Counted from the stretch's first letter, positions 46,955-57,422 are shown. The stretch: DNA of 64,000 nt from Candidatus Saccharimonadales bacterium (GCA_038316195.1 JBBQAJ010000001.1:92882-156881); one strand, 5' to 3'. Notes: a model not told the origin generated them from the sequence alone. Made by a program: numbers and translations.

Positions 46955-47821
46955 ATGATATACTTCGCATATATGATAACTGTTATGGCTTATTTATTTT
47001 ACTTTGTGGCCACTTCTGCATCGCCCTTGCAAAGGAGGTGGCTTTCTACTACTAAACGTGAGCAATCTAGTCAGATTAATTTAGCATTTCACACGACACT
47101 TATTGTTGCCATATTAGGTCTTATATTACCAATTTTTTCTGCTTATAAAATTCAGGGAAATTTTCAATACATAGCTTTACTTTGCATCACATGTGCTATT
47201 GCTGGACCGGCTTTTTTCATTTCAAATTACACGGCACAACGACACGTCGAGGCAGGGATTATGAATCTGATTGTCAACATTTACACACCAGTTACAATCG
47301 TACTTGCAACACTACTTCTCAATGAAGGCTTGAGACCAAAACAAATACTTGGAACTTTTTTACTCTTTATTTCAGTTATTATAGTATCTAAAAAACATCG
47401 GATTGGTCGAATGAAATTTGATAAATATTTTTTAATGATGGTTGCGAGTGGAATAATTCTGGGCGTTTTATTGACTGCAGAGCGAGGACTTATGAAAATT
47501 ACTGGCTTTAGTGCCGGTACTTTATTCAGCTGGTGGTCACAGTGTATTGGATTAGCAATTGTAGTTTTATACACACGCACTAAAACCGTATACAGTTTAA
47601 AAGATACATTAGTAACTGGTGGATTGAAGTTTCTTCAAGCTGTGTCTTGGGTAACTCTAATTTACATAGTTGGAAATTTAAGTGTAGTTTCTTCTGTTAC
47701 AACATTTAAGATAGTTGTAATTTTCAGTGCAGCTGCTATATGGCTTAATGAAAGAGATGATTTAAAGCGAAAAATTATAGGCTGCCTAATAGCGCTTATA
47801 GGTTTGCTGCTGATGAAATAA
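46955..47821 (+). CDS. DMT superfamily (EamA-like) transporter
   Basis: 288 aa with about 10 TM helices in two halves. Start position uncertain. Confidence 0.6.
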   Translation: MIYFAYMITVMAYLFYFVATSASPLQRRWLSTTKREQSSQINLAFHTTLIVAILGLILPIFSAYKIQGNFQYIALLCITCAIAGPAFFISNYTAQRHVEAGIMNLIVNIYTPVTIVLATLLLNEGLRPKQILGTFLLFISVIIVSKKHRIGRMKFDKYFLMMVASGIILGVLLTAERGLMKITGFSAGTLFSWWSQCIGLAIVVLYTRTKTVYSLKDTLVTGGLKFLQAVSWVTLIYIVGNLSVVSSVTTFKIVVIFSAAAIWLNERDDLKRKIIGCLIALIGLLLMK

Positions 47822-47824
47822 TTA

Positions 47825-48520
47825 CTATTGCTTGTAGTTTTCAAGTGCTACCTGTGCAGCGGCTACTTGTGCTGATTGTTTGCTAGGTCCGGTACCTTGG
47901 CCTTTAAGTTCACCTTCAATGTATGCACCAACAGTAAATATTTTATCGTGATCCGGACCCTCTTCGCTAATTACTTTATAAACAGGAGTAAAGCCATCTC
48001 GACTCTGTGAAAGCTCTTGCAGCTGACTTTTCGGATCTAGCCATGATCCTGTTTCAAGAATCGACTGAAAAGTTACTAAAAGACTTTCGTTTATAAATTT
48101 TTTAGAAACATCAAATCCCTGATCCAAATAAATTGCGCCAACAACTGCTTCGTATGAATTGGCAAGTATTTGTGCGCGCGCACGATCTGTGCCCCGTTTT
48201 TCGCCTCTGCTTAGTCGCAGTAATGGTTCAAAATCATACTTAGCCGCAGCCGCTCCTATGCTTTCAGTACGAACTAATGCACTTCGCCAGTTGGTCAAAA
48301 TGCCTTCTGGTTCACTATGGTTTTCATATAAATACTCAGTCACGACTAGTTCTAAAACTGCATCACCCAGAAATTCGAGCCGTTCATTATGTTCATGCAC
48401 AGTTTTTTTGTGTTCATTTACATATGATCTGTGCGTAAATGCTAGAACGAGCAAGTTGATGTCATTGAATTTTACTCCCAAAATATCTTCTGAAAATTTT
48501 TGATAGGTAGTAATATCCAT
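47825..48520 (-). CDS. rnc: ribonuclease III
   Basis: 231 aa with NERLEFLGDAVLE and a C-terminal dsRBD (GPDHDKIFTV). Confidence 0.95.
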   Translation of the reverse strand: MDITTYQKFSEDILGVKFNDINLLVLAFTHRSYVNEHKKTVHEHNERLEFLGDAVLELVVTEYLYENHSEPEGILTNWRSALVRTESIGAAAAKYDFEPLLRLSRGEKRGTDRARAQILANSYEAVVGAIYLDQGFDVSKKFINESLLVTFQSILETGSWLDPKSQLQELSQSRDGFTPVYKVISEEGPDHDKIFTVGAYIEGELKGQGTGPSKQSAQVAAAQVALENYKQ

Positions 48521-49015
48521 CTATTTTTGTTCCCTAATTTTTTTCATAGCTAAAAGAATTAGCTTACTAATGTCTTCATATTCAATCTTTTCTAATGCAT
48601 CTGCGGAGCTGAACCATTTTATTCCATTCATCCATTCTTCTGGTTTGAGCTGATCGGTATCACCAAGTGCTTTAACCATAAATATTTCAGTTGTCATTAG
48701 AACCAAACTGTTTGTGCGTCGATATCTGAAATGAATTTTACCAAGCCAATCGAGAACTTTCATTTCTTGCAATCCAGTTTCTTCTCGAATCTCACGTTCA
48801 GCAGTTTGTTTGGCAGTTTCGCCCACTTCTATGTGTCCCTTTGGTATAGTCCAGCGGTTTTTTGCGTCTTGAATGAGAAGTATTTCCAACTGATTTTTAG
48901 TGTTATGTCTATATATAACTCCACCAGCGGTTGGCTCTCTCACAACTTCGTTTATTGCAGGCTTTCGTTTATTTACAAACTTTTTGAAACCTTCAAGGGG
49001 GTTTGGGCGTTTCAT
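48521..49015 (-). CDS. NUDIX hydrolase
   Basis: 164 aa with the Nudix box GHIEVGETAKQTAEREIREETGL. Confidence 0.85.
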   Translation of the reverse strand: MKRPNPLEGFKKFVNKRKPAINEVVREPTAGGVIYRHNTKNQLEILLIQDAKNRWTIPKGHIEVGETAKQTAEREIREETGLQEMKVLDWLGKIHFRYRRTNSLVLMTTEIFMVKALGDTDQLKPEEWMNGIKWFSSADALEKIEYEDISKLILLAMKKIREQK

Positions 49016-49017
49016 AA

Positions 49018-49494
49018 CTATTTCGTACTGCCTTTCTTGGTAGATTTGTTGATTGATTTTGTTGATTTGGCATCTATTTGCAACAATAATGTTCCTAGTA
49101 CGCCGTTAATAAATTTGGACGAATTGTCGCCACCAAATGCTTTCGCAAGTTCTACAGCTTCATTTATAACGACTTTTGGAGGTATTCCTTTGGAATAAAT
49201 TAATTCATACGTACCAATTCTTAAAACTATACGGTCCATGCGCGCTATTTGTGAAATCGGCCATTCTGGAGCAAGTGGCTGCAAAAGATCATCTATACTG
49301 ACAGAGTTTTTCGTAACTCCATTTACCAGTTCACTTATGAAATCACGATCATCGATAGTTTCGTGATATCTTTGAATATTTCTTGATAATACATCAGACA
49401 ATTCAAAACCAGTATCCCCACATTCACGACGGAACTCCTGTTCGTAGAGTGTTTGAAGGGCAATTATTCGGCCTAAGTGTCGATTAGCGCTCAT
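49018..49494 (-). CDS. nusB: transcription antitermination factor NusB
   Basis: 158 aa with [13 protein letters not shown] and [23 protein letters not shown]. Confidence 0.9.
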   Translation of the reverse strand: MSANRHLGRIIALQTLYEQEFRRECGDTGFELSDVLSRNIQRYHETIDDRDFISELVNGVTKNSVSIDDLLQPLAPEWPISQIARMDRIVLRIGTYELIYSKGIPPKVVINEAVELAKAFGGDNSSKFINGVLGTLLLQIDAKSTKSINKSTKKGSTK

Positions 49495-49547
49495 TTGTTA
49501 AAATTCCGTTTATAGTCCTTATTATACGCTCAATTGAGAGCATTTCT

Positions 49548-49754
49548 TCAGACTTTTGCAGGGTTTGCCCGTGATTTTTGTCCAGGTTTTTTAGCAGGTT
49601 TTACTATAGCGCTTAATGCTTTACCTGCCTCTTTACGAGTGGTAAACACTTTAACCGGGCTTTTGCCGTTAACTGCTCGTGCCAACTTGAGAACTAAATG
49701 GCTTCTTCTACTACCAGTACGACGGGATGACGTTCGTTTTTTGGGTTTACCCAT
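49548..49754 (-). CDS. rpmF: 50S ribosomal protein L32 with basic C-terminal extension
   Basis: 68 aa with the bL32 signature PKKRTSSRRTGSRRSH. SD AAGGAG upstream. Confidence 0.8.
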   Translation of the reverse strand: MGKPKKRTSSRRTGSRRSHLVLKLARAVNGKSPVKVFTTRKEAGKALSAIVKPAKKPGQKSRANPAKV

Positions 49755-49852
49755 ATAAAACAGATCTCCTTGAATAATTATAATGATAAAACTTACGTAT
49801 ATATTACCTCAATAATTGCTTTTATTCAAACTGTTAATCTGAAATAAACTAA

Positions 49853-52297
49853 CTAAATCACAAAATTAACTAATTTATTCGCAATAAAGATAGTTTTTTT
49901 GATATTTTGGTCTTTTAAATACCCTGCAACTTTCTTATTTGATTTTGCAGCGAATATTGCAGCTTTTTCATCATATCCAACAGCTAAAGTTACATTTGCG
50001 CGCACTTTGCCATTTACCTGAACAACCAAGTTCACGTTGTCTTCTTCTAAATATTTATTATCCCACTTAGGCCATTTACTAGTGTGAACAGAGTTTTTTT
50101 GACCAAGCAGACTCCATAATTCTTCTGAAATATGAGGAGCAAATGGCGCCAATAACTGAATCGTTACCAAAATGACTTTGTCCCATTGCTCTGTACCTAG
50201 TGGGTTTTTGATTTTAAATTTATAGATTGAGTTTACTAGTTCCATTTGAGATGCTATCGCAGTATTAAATCCAAGATTAAGTAAGTCTTCGGTCACTTTT
50301 TTGACTGTTTGGTGGATTACTTTTTGCAACTCAATATTGACTTGAGTATCTATTTTCAAGTTTTTGTTTTTGAAATTATCTATATGTTCTTGAACTAGTG
50401 TCCATAATCTTTGCAGAAACCTAAACGAACCTCCCATGCCTTCCACGCTCCAATTTGCAGACTGATTCCAAGGCCCAATAAACAGTTCCATAATACGTAT
50501 ACTGTCTGCTCCATAGCCCTGATCTATGATACTACCAGGTTCTATGGTATTTCCTTTGCTTTTGCTCATTTTCTGACCATCCGGGGCTAAAATCATTCCA
50601 TGGTTACGAAGTGTCTTGAATGGTTCCTGAAAGTCTATAAGTCCCTCGTCAAACATTACTTTGGTCCAAAACCGAGCATAGAGCAAGTGCATGACAGCAT
50701 GTTCTGCGCCACCTATGTAGTCGTCTACCGGCAACCAAAATTTCACTTTTGAAGAATCAAATGCTTTTTTGCTGTTATTTGGATCTGCAAATCTCAAAAA
50801 GTACCAACTAGAACAAGCAAATCCGTCCATGGTATCAGTTTCTCTCTTGGCAGGACCTTTGCACTCTGGACATGTCGTGTTAACAAAATCCGGTACATTA
50901 GCTAACGGACTTTTGCCATCTCCACTCGGTTCATAACTTTTAACTTCTGGTAATAATACCGGCAATTCCTCAACAGGTACTGCAACAACGCCACATTTGT
51001 CACAATGGATAATTGGAATTGGAGCACCCCAATATCTTTGTCGACTTATGAGCCAATCGCGAATTTTATAATTAACCATTTCTTTTGCAAAATGTTTGCC
51101 GACAAAATCTTTTAGAATTTTTTCTCGCATAACTTCTGAACGCATACCATCATATGGTCCGGAATTAATTACTACTCCCTCGGAGTGGAAATCGGATTTA
51201 GAATCTGTTTCTAGCACTTGTCTGATCTCTAAGCCATATTTATTAGCAAAATCGTAGTCTCTATCATCGTGACCTGGAACACCCATAACTGCGCCCGTGC
51301 CATACCCCATAAGTACGTAGTCGGCTACCCAGATTGGAATTTCTTCATCATTTGCGGGGTTTATGGCGTATGCGCCTGTGAAAACACCGGTTTTTTGTTT
51401 GCCTTCATCAGCTTGCCGTTCAATATCACTTTTGCTTCCAGATGAACGAATGTAATCATCAACATTTGATTTATTTTTATCTGTAGTAATTTGTTTAACT
51501 AAAGGATGCTCAGGAGATAAAACCAGAAATGTCACTCCATACTGAGTGTCGTGCCTAGTAGTAAATACTGGGAACTTAAGTTTTGAATTTGCGACCACAA
51601 ATTCTATTTCTGCTCCAACACTTTTTCCAATCCAGTTGCGTTGCATAGACTTAATACCTTCGGACCAGTCTAAATCATCAAGATCTTCCATTAACCTGTC
51701 AGCATAATCGGTAATTTTGAAAAACCACTGTTTTAGAGACTTTTTTTCTACAATACTTCCACAACGCCAACATTTGCCAGCTTCAACTTGTTCATTTGCT
51801 AAGACAGTCTTGTCGACTGGACACCACCATTGCAAACTTTCCTGCTGATATGCTAAGCCTCTTTTGAAAAGCAACAAGAAAAACCATTGGGTCCATTTGT
51901 AATAATTTGGGTCAGTACTATCAATCTCACGAGACCAATCATAACTAAAGCCCATCTGCATTAGCTGTTTTTTAAATTTGGCCGTGTTTTCGTCAACTGC
52001 TTTTCGAGGACTTATTCCTGATTTAATTGCGTAATTTTCTGCCGGCAGACCAAATGCATCCCAACCCATGGGATGTAAAACATTGTAACCTTGCATGCGG
52101 TTATATCGACTAATCACGTCGCCAATTACATAATTGCGAACATGCCCAACATGCATAGCTGCACCACTGGGATATGGAAAATACTCTAGTATATACTTTT
52201 TGGGTTTGTCAGAATCATCAGATGCTTCGTAAATTCCATCCTCTTCCCATTTTTTCTGCCATTTGGGTTCAATATCTTTGGGATTATAACGTCTCAT
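49853..52297 (-). CDS. leuS: leucine--tRNA ligase
   Basis: 814 aa with HVGH (PYPSGAAMHVGHVRNY) and KMSKS motifs and the CP1 editing domain. Confidence 0.95.
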   Translation of the reverse strand: MRRYNPKDIEPKWQKKWEEDGIYEASDDSDKPKKYILEYFPYPSGAAMHVGHVRNYVIGDVISRYNRMQGYNVLHPMGWDAFGLPAENYAIKSGISPRKAVDENTAKFKKQLMQMGFSYDWSREIDSTDPNYYKWTQWFFLLLFKRGLAYQQESLQWWCPVDKTVLANEQVEAGKCWRCGSIVEKKSLKQWFFKITDYADRLMEDLDDLDWSEGIKSMQRNWIGKSVGAEIEFVVANSKLKFPVFTTRHDTQYGVTFLVLSPEHPLVKQITTDKNKSNVDDYIRSSGSKSDIERQADEGKQKTGVFTGAYAINPANDEEIPIWVADYVLMGYGTGAVMGVPGHDDRDYDFANKYGLEIRQVLETDSKSDFHSEGVVINSGPYDGMRSEVMREKILKDFVGKHFAKEMVNYKIRDWLISRQRYWGAPIPIIHCDKCGVVAVPVEELPVLLPEVKSYEPSGDGKSPLANVPDFVNTTCPECKGPAKRETDTMDGFACSSWYFLRFADPNNSKKAFDSSKVKFWLPVDDYIGGAEHAVMHLLYARFWTKVMFDEGLIDFQEPFKTLRNHGMILAPDGQKMSKSKGNTIEPGSIIDQGYGADSIRIMELFIGPWNQSANWSVEGMGGSFRFLQRLWTLVQEHIDNFKNKNLKIDTQVNIELQKVIHQTVKKVTEDLLNLGFNTAIASQMELVNSIYKFKIKNPLGTEQWDKVILVTIQLLAPFAPHISEELWSLLGQKNSVHTSKWPKWDNKYLEEDNVNLVVQVNGKVRANVTLAVGYDEKAAIFAAKSNKKVAGYLKDQNIKKTIFIANKLVNFVI

Positions 52298-52364
52298 ATT
52301 TGAACATTATATGTTATCGAGGGCAGTTGTGTCACTTTAGAAGTACTATAAATGTTTATTTTAT

Positions 52365-53321
52365 TTATAGTTTTATCAGCCAGTTTTTAAAATAACTTTT
52401 CTTTCCCAACTGTATGTCCGCAAATTCTTGCATTAAACGCGAAGTTAATTTTCCAACTCTACCGTCGCCAATTTTACGTCTATCAATAGATAGTATTGGG
52501 GTTATTCGTACAGAGCTACCACAAAGAAATGCTTCATCAGCCTTGTATAATTCCGTCCTGTCAATTGATCTTTCGATACATTTTATAGCCTTAACTTTTG
52601 AAATTTCCAAAATACTATCTCTAGTAATTCCCTCCAGAATATCTGTGGATTTGTCTGGTGTAATCAATTCCCCATTTTTAGCTATAAACAAATTTGCTAC
52701 CGTACTTTCTGCTACGTGTCCATTGTGGTCTAATGCTATTGCGTCATCATATCCATTTAATATTGCTTCGTTTTTCATTAATGCTGCATTGACATAACTT
52801 CCATTAATCTTAGCTTTAGCAGGGATAGAATTATCCATATTTCTAACCCAACTTGATACCCCCAAATTGACGCCATCTGGAGAAAGCAATTCGCTTGCTG
52901 AGTAAACATAGGCACTGACTCCGTTTTTAAGCCCATGTATTCTAGTTCCAGAAGATTGCTCATCAATAAATACTGTTACCCTTACTAGAAGATTCCCCTT
53001 TAGTTCGTTTTTAGATAGTAGTTCTAGCATCGTTTTTTTAAATCTTGCATAATTCCAATCATCAATGAATCTTTGAAAGTCCATAATTCTCGCAGAATTA
53101 ATTAGCCTTTCAAAGTGATCTTTTAGCCTAAAAATGTAGTATTCGTTATCTTGAATATTCCAATTTACACTAAATACTGTATATATTGACAATCCGTATA
53201 AAACTGACGAACTAGCAATACTAAGATTGGCTTTATTAAACGGAACAAAACTATCCCTAAAGTATGCTATTGAGTGGCGTAGATACGTGCCAACATCCCC
53301 ATCCATTTGGTACCTCCTCAA
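52365..53321 (-). CDS. class IV aminotransferase (branched-chain amino acid / D-amino acid aminotransferase family)
   Basis: 318 aa with LYGLSIYTVF, AKINGSYVNAALMKNEA and ILEGITRDSILE. Alternative start at 53306. Overlaps the upstream ORF by 50-65 nt. Confidence 0.75.
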   Translation of the reverse strand: MRRYQMDGDVGTYLRHSIAYFRDSFVPFNKANLSIASSSVLYGLSIYTVFSVNWNIQDNEYYIFRLKDHFERLINSARIMDFQRFIDDWNYARFKKTMLELLSKNELKGNLLVRVTVFIDEQSSGTRIHGLKNGVSAYVYSASELLSPDGVNLGVSSWVRNMDNSIPAKAKINGSYVNAALMKNEAILNGYDDAIALDHNGHVAESTVANLFIAKNGELITPDKSTDILEGITRDSILEISKVKAIKCIERSIDRTELYKADEAFLCGSSVRITPILSIDRRKIGDGRVGKLTSRLMQEFADIQLGKKSYFKNWLIKL

Positions 53322-54030
53322 GTGCCATTACAACGCTTTCTTCCATATATGCATTAATTACTTTTCTTAACACTCTTCGATAAACTGGTAATACTTGGGC
53401 AAATATATTGAAAAGTTCGTTTGGGGACTCTCTGTTCAATGGAACTTCTACGAGACCTTTTTTAAAAGTTACGTACATGCCACCATGATCTATATCTATT
53501 GCCACAGCTCGTTCATGTGCGCTGTGCTGTGGTGAAGAACCATCATAACCCACTGCAAAACGACCGTCGCTAGCAATTTTTTTTTGATATAACGTGGTTC
53601 TTAGGAGACTCGTTACAGATATTCTGAAATCTGAAATCCCATTTCGATCAAAAACTTCAAACATCTGGGCGTCATCACTTCCAGTTTGCTTAATGTCAGA
53701 TGCCAGTGAAGCAAGAACTTCAGATGTGTGAGAATGTAATATTGGTAAAGAACCTTCTATCTCACTCCTTGGTAACCTATGCCTTTGTCGAATAGGTGAC
53801 ACAATTCCAAATAGATCGTTATTAGGATCGACACTTACAAGACCTCCGTACATCAGTCCAGTATTTACTGCCTCCAAATGTGGGTAAATTGTGGTCCCGG
53901 TTTCAAGATTGGCTGCTTCATTTACTAAAAATGATTGTGCATTTTCCCACAAATCAGATTTTTCTGCTTCGTCCATTTCATGGAAGTAACGTAAATCTGC
54001 AGTTGTAAGTTCTTGTTCAGTAGCTTTCAT
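53257..54030 (-). CDS. hypothetical protein embedded in the ddl-aminotransferase operon
   Basis: 257-aa ORF with no motif I recognise. The 10-nt gap from ddl and the overlap with the aminotransferase gene suggest co-translation. Confidence 0.5.
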   Translation of the reverse strand: MKATEQELTTADLRYFHEMDEAEKSDLWENAQSFLVNEAANLETGTTIYPHLEAVNTGLMYGGLVSVDPNNDLFGIVSPIRQRHRLPRSEIEGSLPILHSHTSEVLASLASDIKQTGSDDAQMFEVFDRNGISDFRISVTSLLRTTLYQKKIASDGRFAVGYDGSSPQHSAHERAVAIDIDHGGMYVTFKKGLVEVPLNRESPNELFNIFAQVLPVYRRVLRKVINAYMEESVVMALEEVPNGWGCWHVSTPLNSIL

Positions 54031-54039
54031 AATATTTTT

Positions 54040-55209
54040 TTAAAATTGTTGTAGGAAGTTTGTGCTAAACATGGTATTTTCTTGTTGTTGCTTTTGGAAT
54101 TTCTCTTCCGCCAGACGTATTAAAGTTTGCACCAAATCAACGCTACTAACACCGGCAGCTCGCCAGTTGTGTTCATAAAGTCCTCCTGGCAATGGATTAA
54201 CTTCGTTAAAATATACCATTCTAGACTTACTATCTATAAGCATGTCAACACGAGCAATCCCACTACACCCCAAAGCATGATAAACATTAAGTCCAATTTG
54301 TTCGGCTTTTTTATATAATTCATCATCTAATTGGGCAGGAAGTTCGCTATATCCTTGAGAACCTTTAATACCTTTACCTCCCTTTTTGCCACCTTTGCCA
54401 CCATGCATGTATTTGGTTTCAAAATCAAAGAAGTCTTCAGGTTTGGTTAAAGGTTTTTCTAGCAAAGCAGGTTTTAGTTGGTCGTTGCCAATAATTGGAA
54501 GCGTTACCTCTATCAAGTTAGGTACTTCTTCTTCGATAATTATTTTGCTGTCATAATGACAGGCAACTTCAATCCCATTTTGGAGTTCTTGAGTACTATT
54601 CACTCTTGTTATTCCTATGCTAGAGCCTAAGTGTACTGGTTTTACGAACATAGGGAAATTGAGGCTTGATTCAATTCCACGCAACACATCAGCAGATTTT
54701 CTGACAAAATCATCCCTATAAACCTTTTGATATTTAGACACTGGAATGTTGTTGGACTCAGCGACTTGTTTAGCTAATACTTTGTCCATTGCCAGAACGG
54801 ATGCATCCATATCGCAACCAACGAATGGAACGCCTGCCATTCTCAGAAGCCCCATAAGACTTCCATCTTCGCCGAACGTTCCATGTGTTGCGGGGAACAC
54901 TATATCAATTTTTCTAATGGTTTTACGACCAGCGATACCACTAGACTTCACTAATGACATTCCACCATCTAGCTGAATACTAATAGGTTGTGTTTTATGT
55001 AAATATTCTTGGATCATTCCTGAACTAAAAAGTGTTATATCCTTTAGTTTGTCGTCCCAAAACCAAGCACCATTCTTGGAGATATAAACAGCCTCAACTT
55101 TGTATTGTTTGGTAAGCTCAAGTGGTTTTATAATACTGGCGAGCGCTGTTACTATCGAAACGTCATGTTCGGTAGAACGACCTCCAAAAATTACAGCAAC
55201 AGTTTTCAT
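54040..55209 (-). CDS. ddl: D-alanine--D-alanine ligase
   Basis: 389 aa: FGGRSTEHDVS, an ATP-grasp core, and C-terminal EVNPLPG. Confidence 0.9.
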   Translation of the reverse strand: MKTVAVIFGGRSTEHDVSIVTALASIIKPLELTKQYKVEAVYISKNGAWFWDDKLKDITLFSSGMIQEYLHKTQPISIQLDGGMSLVKSSGIAGRKTIRKIDIVFPATHGTFGEDGSLMGLLRMAGVPFVGCDMDASVLAMDKVLAKQVAESNNIPVSKYQKVYRDDFVRKSADVLRGIESSLNFPMFVKPVHLGSSIGITRVNSTQELQNGIEVACHYDSKIIIEEEVPNLIEVTLPIIGNDQLKPALLEKPLTKPEDFFDFETKYMHGGKGGKKGGKGIKGSQGYSELPAQLDDELYKKAEQIGLNVYHALGCSGIARVDMLIDSKSRMVYFNEVNPLPGGLYEHNWRAAGVSSVDLVQTLIRLAEEKFQKQQQENTMFSTNFLQQF

Positions 55210-55266
55210 AATTTAAATTGTACCACTTATGTCAATAAAGGCATACAATTAATGCATACAATTAAT

Positions 55267-56670
55267 TTATTTATAGCTATCAGGCCAATCGTTTTGAAGC
55301 ATTAACACGTCACCTGCAGCTAAATAATGTTCTAAATTTGAGTAATATTCTAGCGGATTCGATTCTATTACTATTTCACCAGAATAATTACCTCCCTTTA
55401 AACCCTTTAAAATTATATCTGTTACGGAATTTTTCATGAGAACAACTTTGTCGAGATTGGTGGCAGATATTAGATTTCCAAGTTCTAGGTGTACTGAGTC
55501 AGTTTCGTTACCTTGATCTACCAGACCTGGTGTTACATATATTTTGCGCTTACCTGGCAATTCTTTGAGTAAGGCTAACCCTGCCCGCATGCCCTCTATA
55601 TTGCCATTGTAAGTGTCGTCAATTATCCATGCTCCCTGAAGCTGTCGTGGCTCCATGCGATGTTCGAATGGTAAAGTTTTCGCAACACCAGTAATTATTT
55701 GCTCATTTTTAAGGCCTAGTTTTTTGGCAATCGCAATTACTGCGATTATTGGGCCAATATTATGAATACCCAGTAAACCTGTGTGAATCTTTAAACTTTC
55801 GTCACCATTAGTTAAAGTAAAATTAGTACCTTCAAATGTTGTTGACACGTTGTTAGTTTCCCATTTGCCAATATTAGATGAGCTATAAATGTTGCCTTGA
55901 ATTTTAGATGTTAGAAGTTCTTGATTGTTAATGTATGTATCTTCAGTTTTTACAAAATCACTAATACATGCAAAATCCTTCGCAATTGAATTCAAGTTTG
56001 GGTATGAATCCATATGTACCGGAGCAATCCCAGTAACAACAGCAATACTAGGCTTACTAAAATTTGCTAATTTATTAATATCTCCTGGCTCTGATTCGCC
56101 GTATTCGAACACCAAAACTTCTTTATCTTCGTCTACGTCTCTATTTATCCAGCGCGCATGACTTATAAGTACATTTTTATTGCCAGGCGTAACAGCAACT
56201 TTTTTGCCTTCTGATAATACGGTGTTTAGCAAGTCTTTCATTGTCGTTTTACCAAAGCTGCCAATTACGGCAATCCGAACTCCCTTTAATGTTTTCAGTT
56301 TTTGTTTGGCCTTTGTAATTTCTTTATTTTGTGCAGGATTTACTACAACTGATTGCAAAAGATAATCTGAAATGAACAAACTAAAGATAACTATATTTGG
56401 AATCATTATTAACCCTATAATTGCAGTGACAGACATAATTATTGTGTTATAAACCACAAAAAATACATTGATAATCCAAATAAAGTACCCAATAGCTAAC
56501 ATTAGTTTTGCCCTTGCAGTGAGTTCTAACTTGCCACGTTTTTGTATATTTGACAAATCTGGATAAGTAAAAATCCAATTTAAAAATTTGGATGGGTTAT
56601 ATTCAAATTGTTGGAGCATATATACCAGTATGTATGGTGTTTTTGGGGTAAAATAACTAAACAATTTCAT
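55267..56670 (-). CDS. murF: Mur ligase, MurF-like (UDP-MurNAc-tripeptide--D-Ala-D-Ala ligase) with N-terminal transmembrane region
   Basis: 467 aa with P-loop VIGSFGKTTMKDLL and the C-terminal block IIDDTYNGNIEGMRAGLALL. The first ~110 aa are 2-3 hydrophobic helices rather than the usual soluble N-domain. Confidence 0.7.
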   Translation of the reverse strand: MKLFSYFTPKTPYILVYMLQQFEYNPSKFLNWIFTYPDLSNIQKRGKLELTARAKLMLAIGYFIWIINVFFVVYNTIIMSVTAIIGLIMIPNIVIFSLFISDYLLQSVVVNPAQNKEITKAKQKLKTLKGVRIAVIGSFGKTTMKDLLNTVLSEGKKVAVTPGNKNVLISHARWINRDVDEDKEVLVFEYGESEPGDINKLANFSKPSIAVVTGIAPVHMDSYPNLNSIAKDFACISDFVKTEDTYINNQELLTSKIQGNIYSSSNIGKWETNNVSTTFEGTNFTLTNGDESLKIHTGLLGIHNIGPIIAVIAIAKKLGLKNEQIITGVAKTLPFEHRMEPRQLQGAWIIDDTYNGNIEGMRAGLALLKELPGKRKIYVTPGLVDQGNETDSVHLELGNLISATNLDKVVLMKNSVTDIILKGLKGGNYSGEIVIESNPLEYYSNLEHYLAAGDVLMLQNDWPDSYK

Positions 56671-57422
56671 TTCAAAAACTCTAGAGTAAGCTTATTAACT
56701 TGTTCTGAATGAGTCTGTAGAGCAAAGTGATCAGCGCCATTAATTATTTCTAGTTTTGACCCCCCTATCTTTTCGTGTAGAAGTTGTCCGACGGTACTAA
56801 CCGGCGTGGCTTTATCTACATCACCATAAATCAACAGCGTAGGAATTTTGATTTTAACAGCGTCATTTTGAACGTCTTGACGGACAGTTAACCGAAACGT
56901 TTCCTTCATGTGGGGTACTACTAACAAATCAGAACCAATCGTGCCGTACAGTTTTTTTTGAAGCTTTTGTTTAGTAATTTTTGGCATCCAAAATGTCGCT
57001 ATTTTTCCAGTTTTAGCAACTGCTTTGATAGCACTACGTTTAATTCCATTAGTGTTACGTACTCCTGAAGCCGAAAGTAAAACAAGTTTTTTTGCAATTA
57101 TTTGGTTTGTTGCAAGAGCTCGAATTGCCAACGCACCTCCGTTTGAATGCCCAACTATTGCGTAAAGATTATGTATATTTAATTTTTCTAAAAATAGTTT
57201 AATAAATTTTGCATAATCGTCTAAATCCCAAGATGTATTCGGGACTTGAGATTTTCCAAATCCAGGCAAATCAACAGAAATAACTTCATATTGGTCTGAT
57301 AATACATCGGTTTGACTTTTTAATGAATCGAGACTATTTGCCCAACCATGTAACAAAAGTAATGTCTTACCCTGGCCACTTCGTTTATATTGTGTTAACA
57401 AATCTGAAACTATAATTTGCAT
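56667..57422 (-). CDS. alpha/beta hydrolase
   Basis: 251 aa with LLLHGWANS and the nucleophile elbow GHSNGG. Confidence 0.8.
   Translation of the reverse strand: MQIIVSDLLTQYKRSGQGKTLLLLHGWANSLDSLKSQTDVLSDQYEVISVDLPGFGKSQVPNTSWDLDDYAKFIKLFLEKLNIHNLYAIVGHSNGGALAIRALATNQIIAKKLVLLSASGVRNTNGIKRSAIKAVAKTGKIATFWMPKITKQKLQKKLYGTIGSDLLVVPHMKETFRLTVRQDVQNDAVKIKIPTLLIYGDVDKATPVSTVGQLLHEKIGGSKLEIINGADHFALQTHSEQVNKLTLEFLK

Noticed and set aside
49534-49758. 74-aa plus-strand ORF
   Set aside because: It is a mirror image of the L32 gene. The minus-strand product has the bL32 signature and an SD, while the plus-strand product is Leu/Arg/Ala-rich with no start context.
52298-52364. Possible T-box leaders upstream of leuS (also pheS at 4957..4996)
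   Set aside because: The spacers are only 67 and 40 nt, far too short for a T-box (roughly 200 nt or more). No specifier or T-box sequence is visible.
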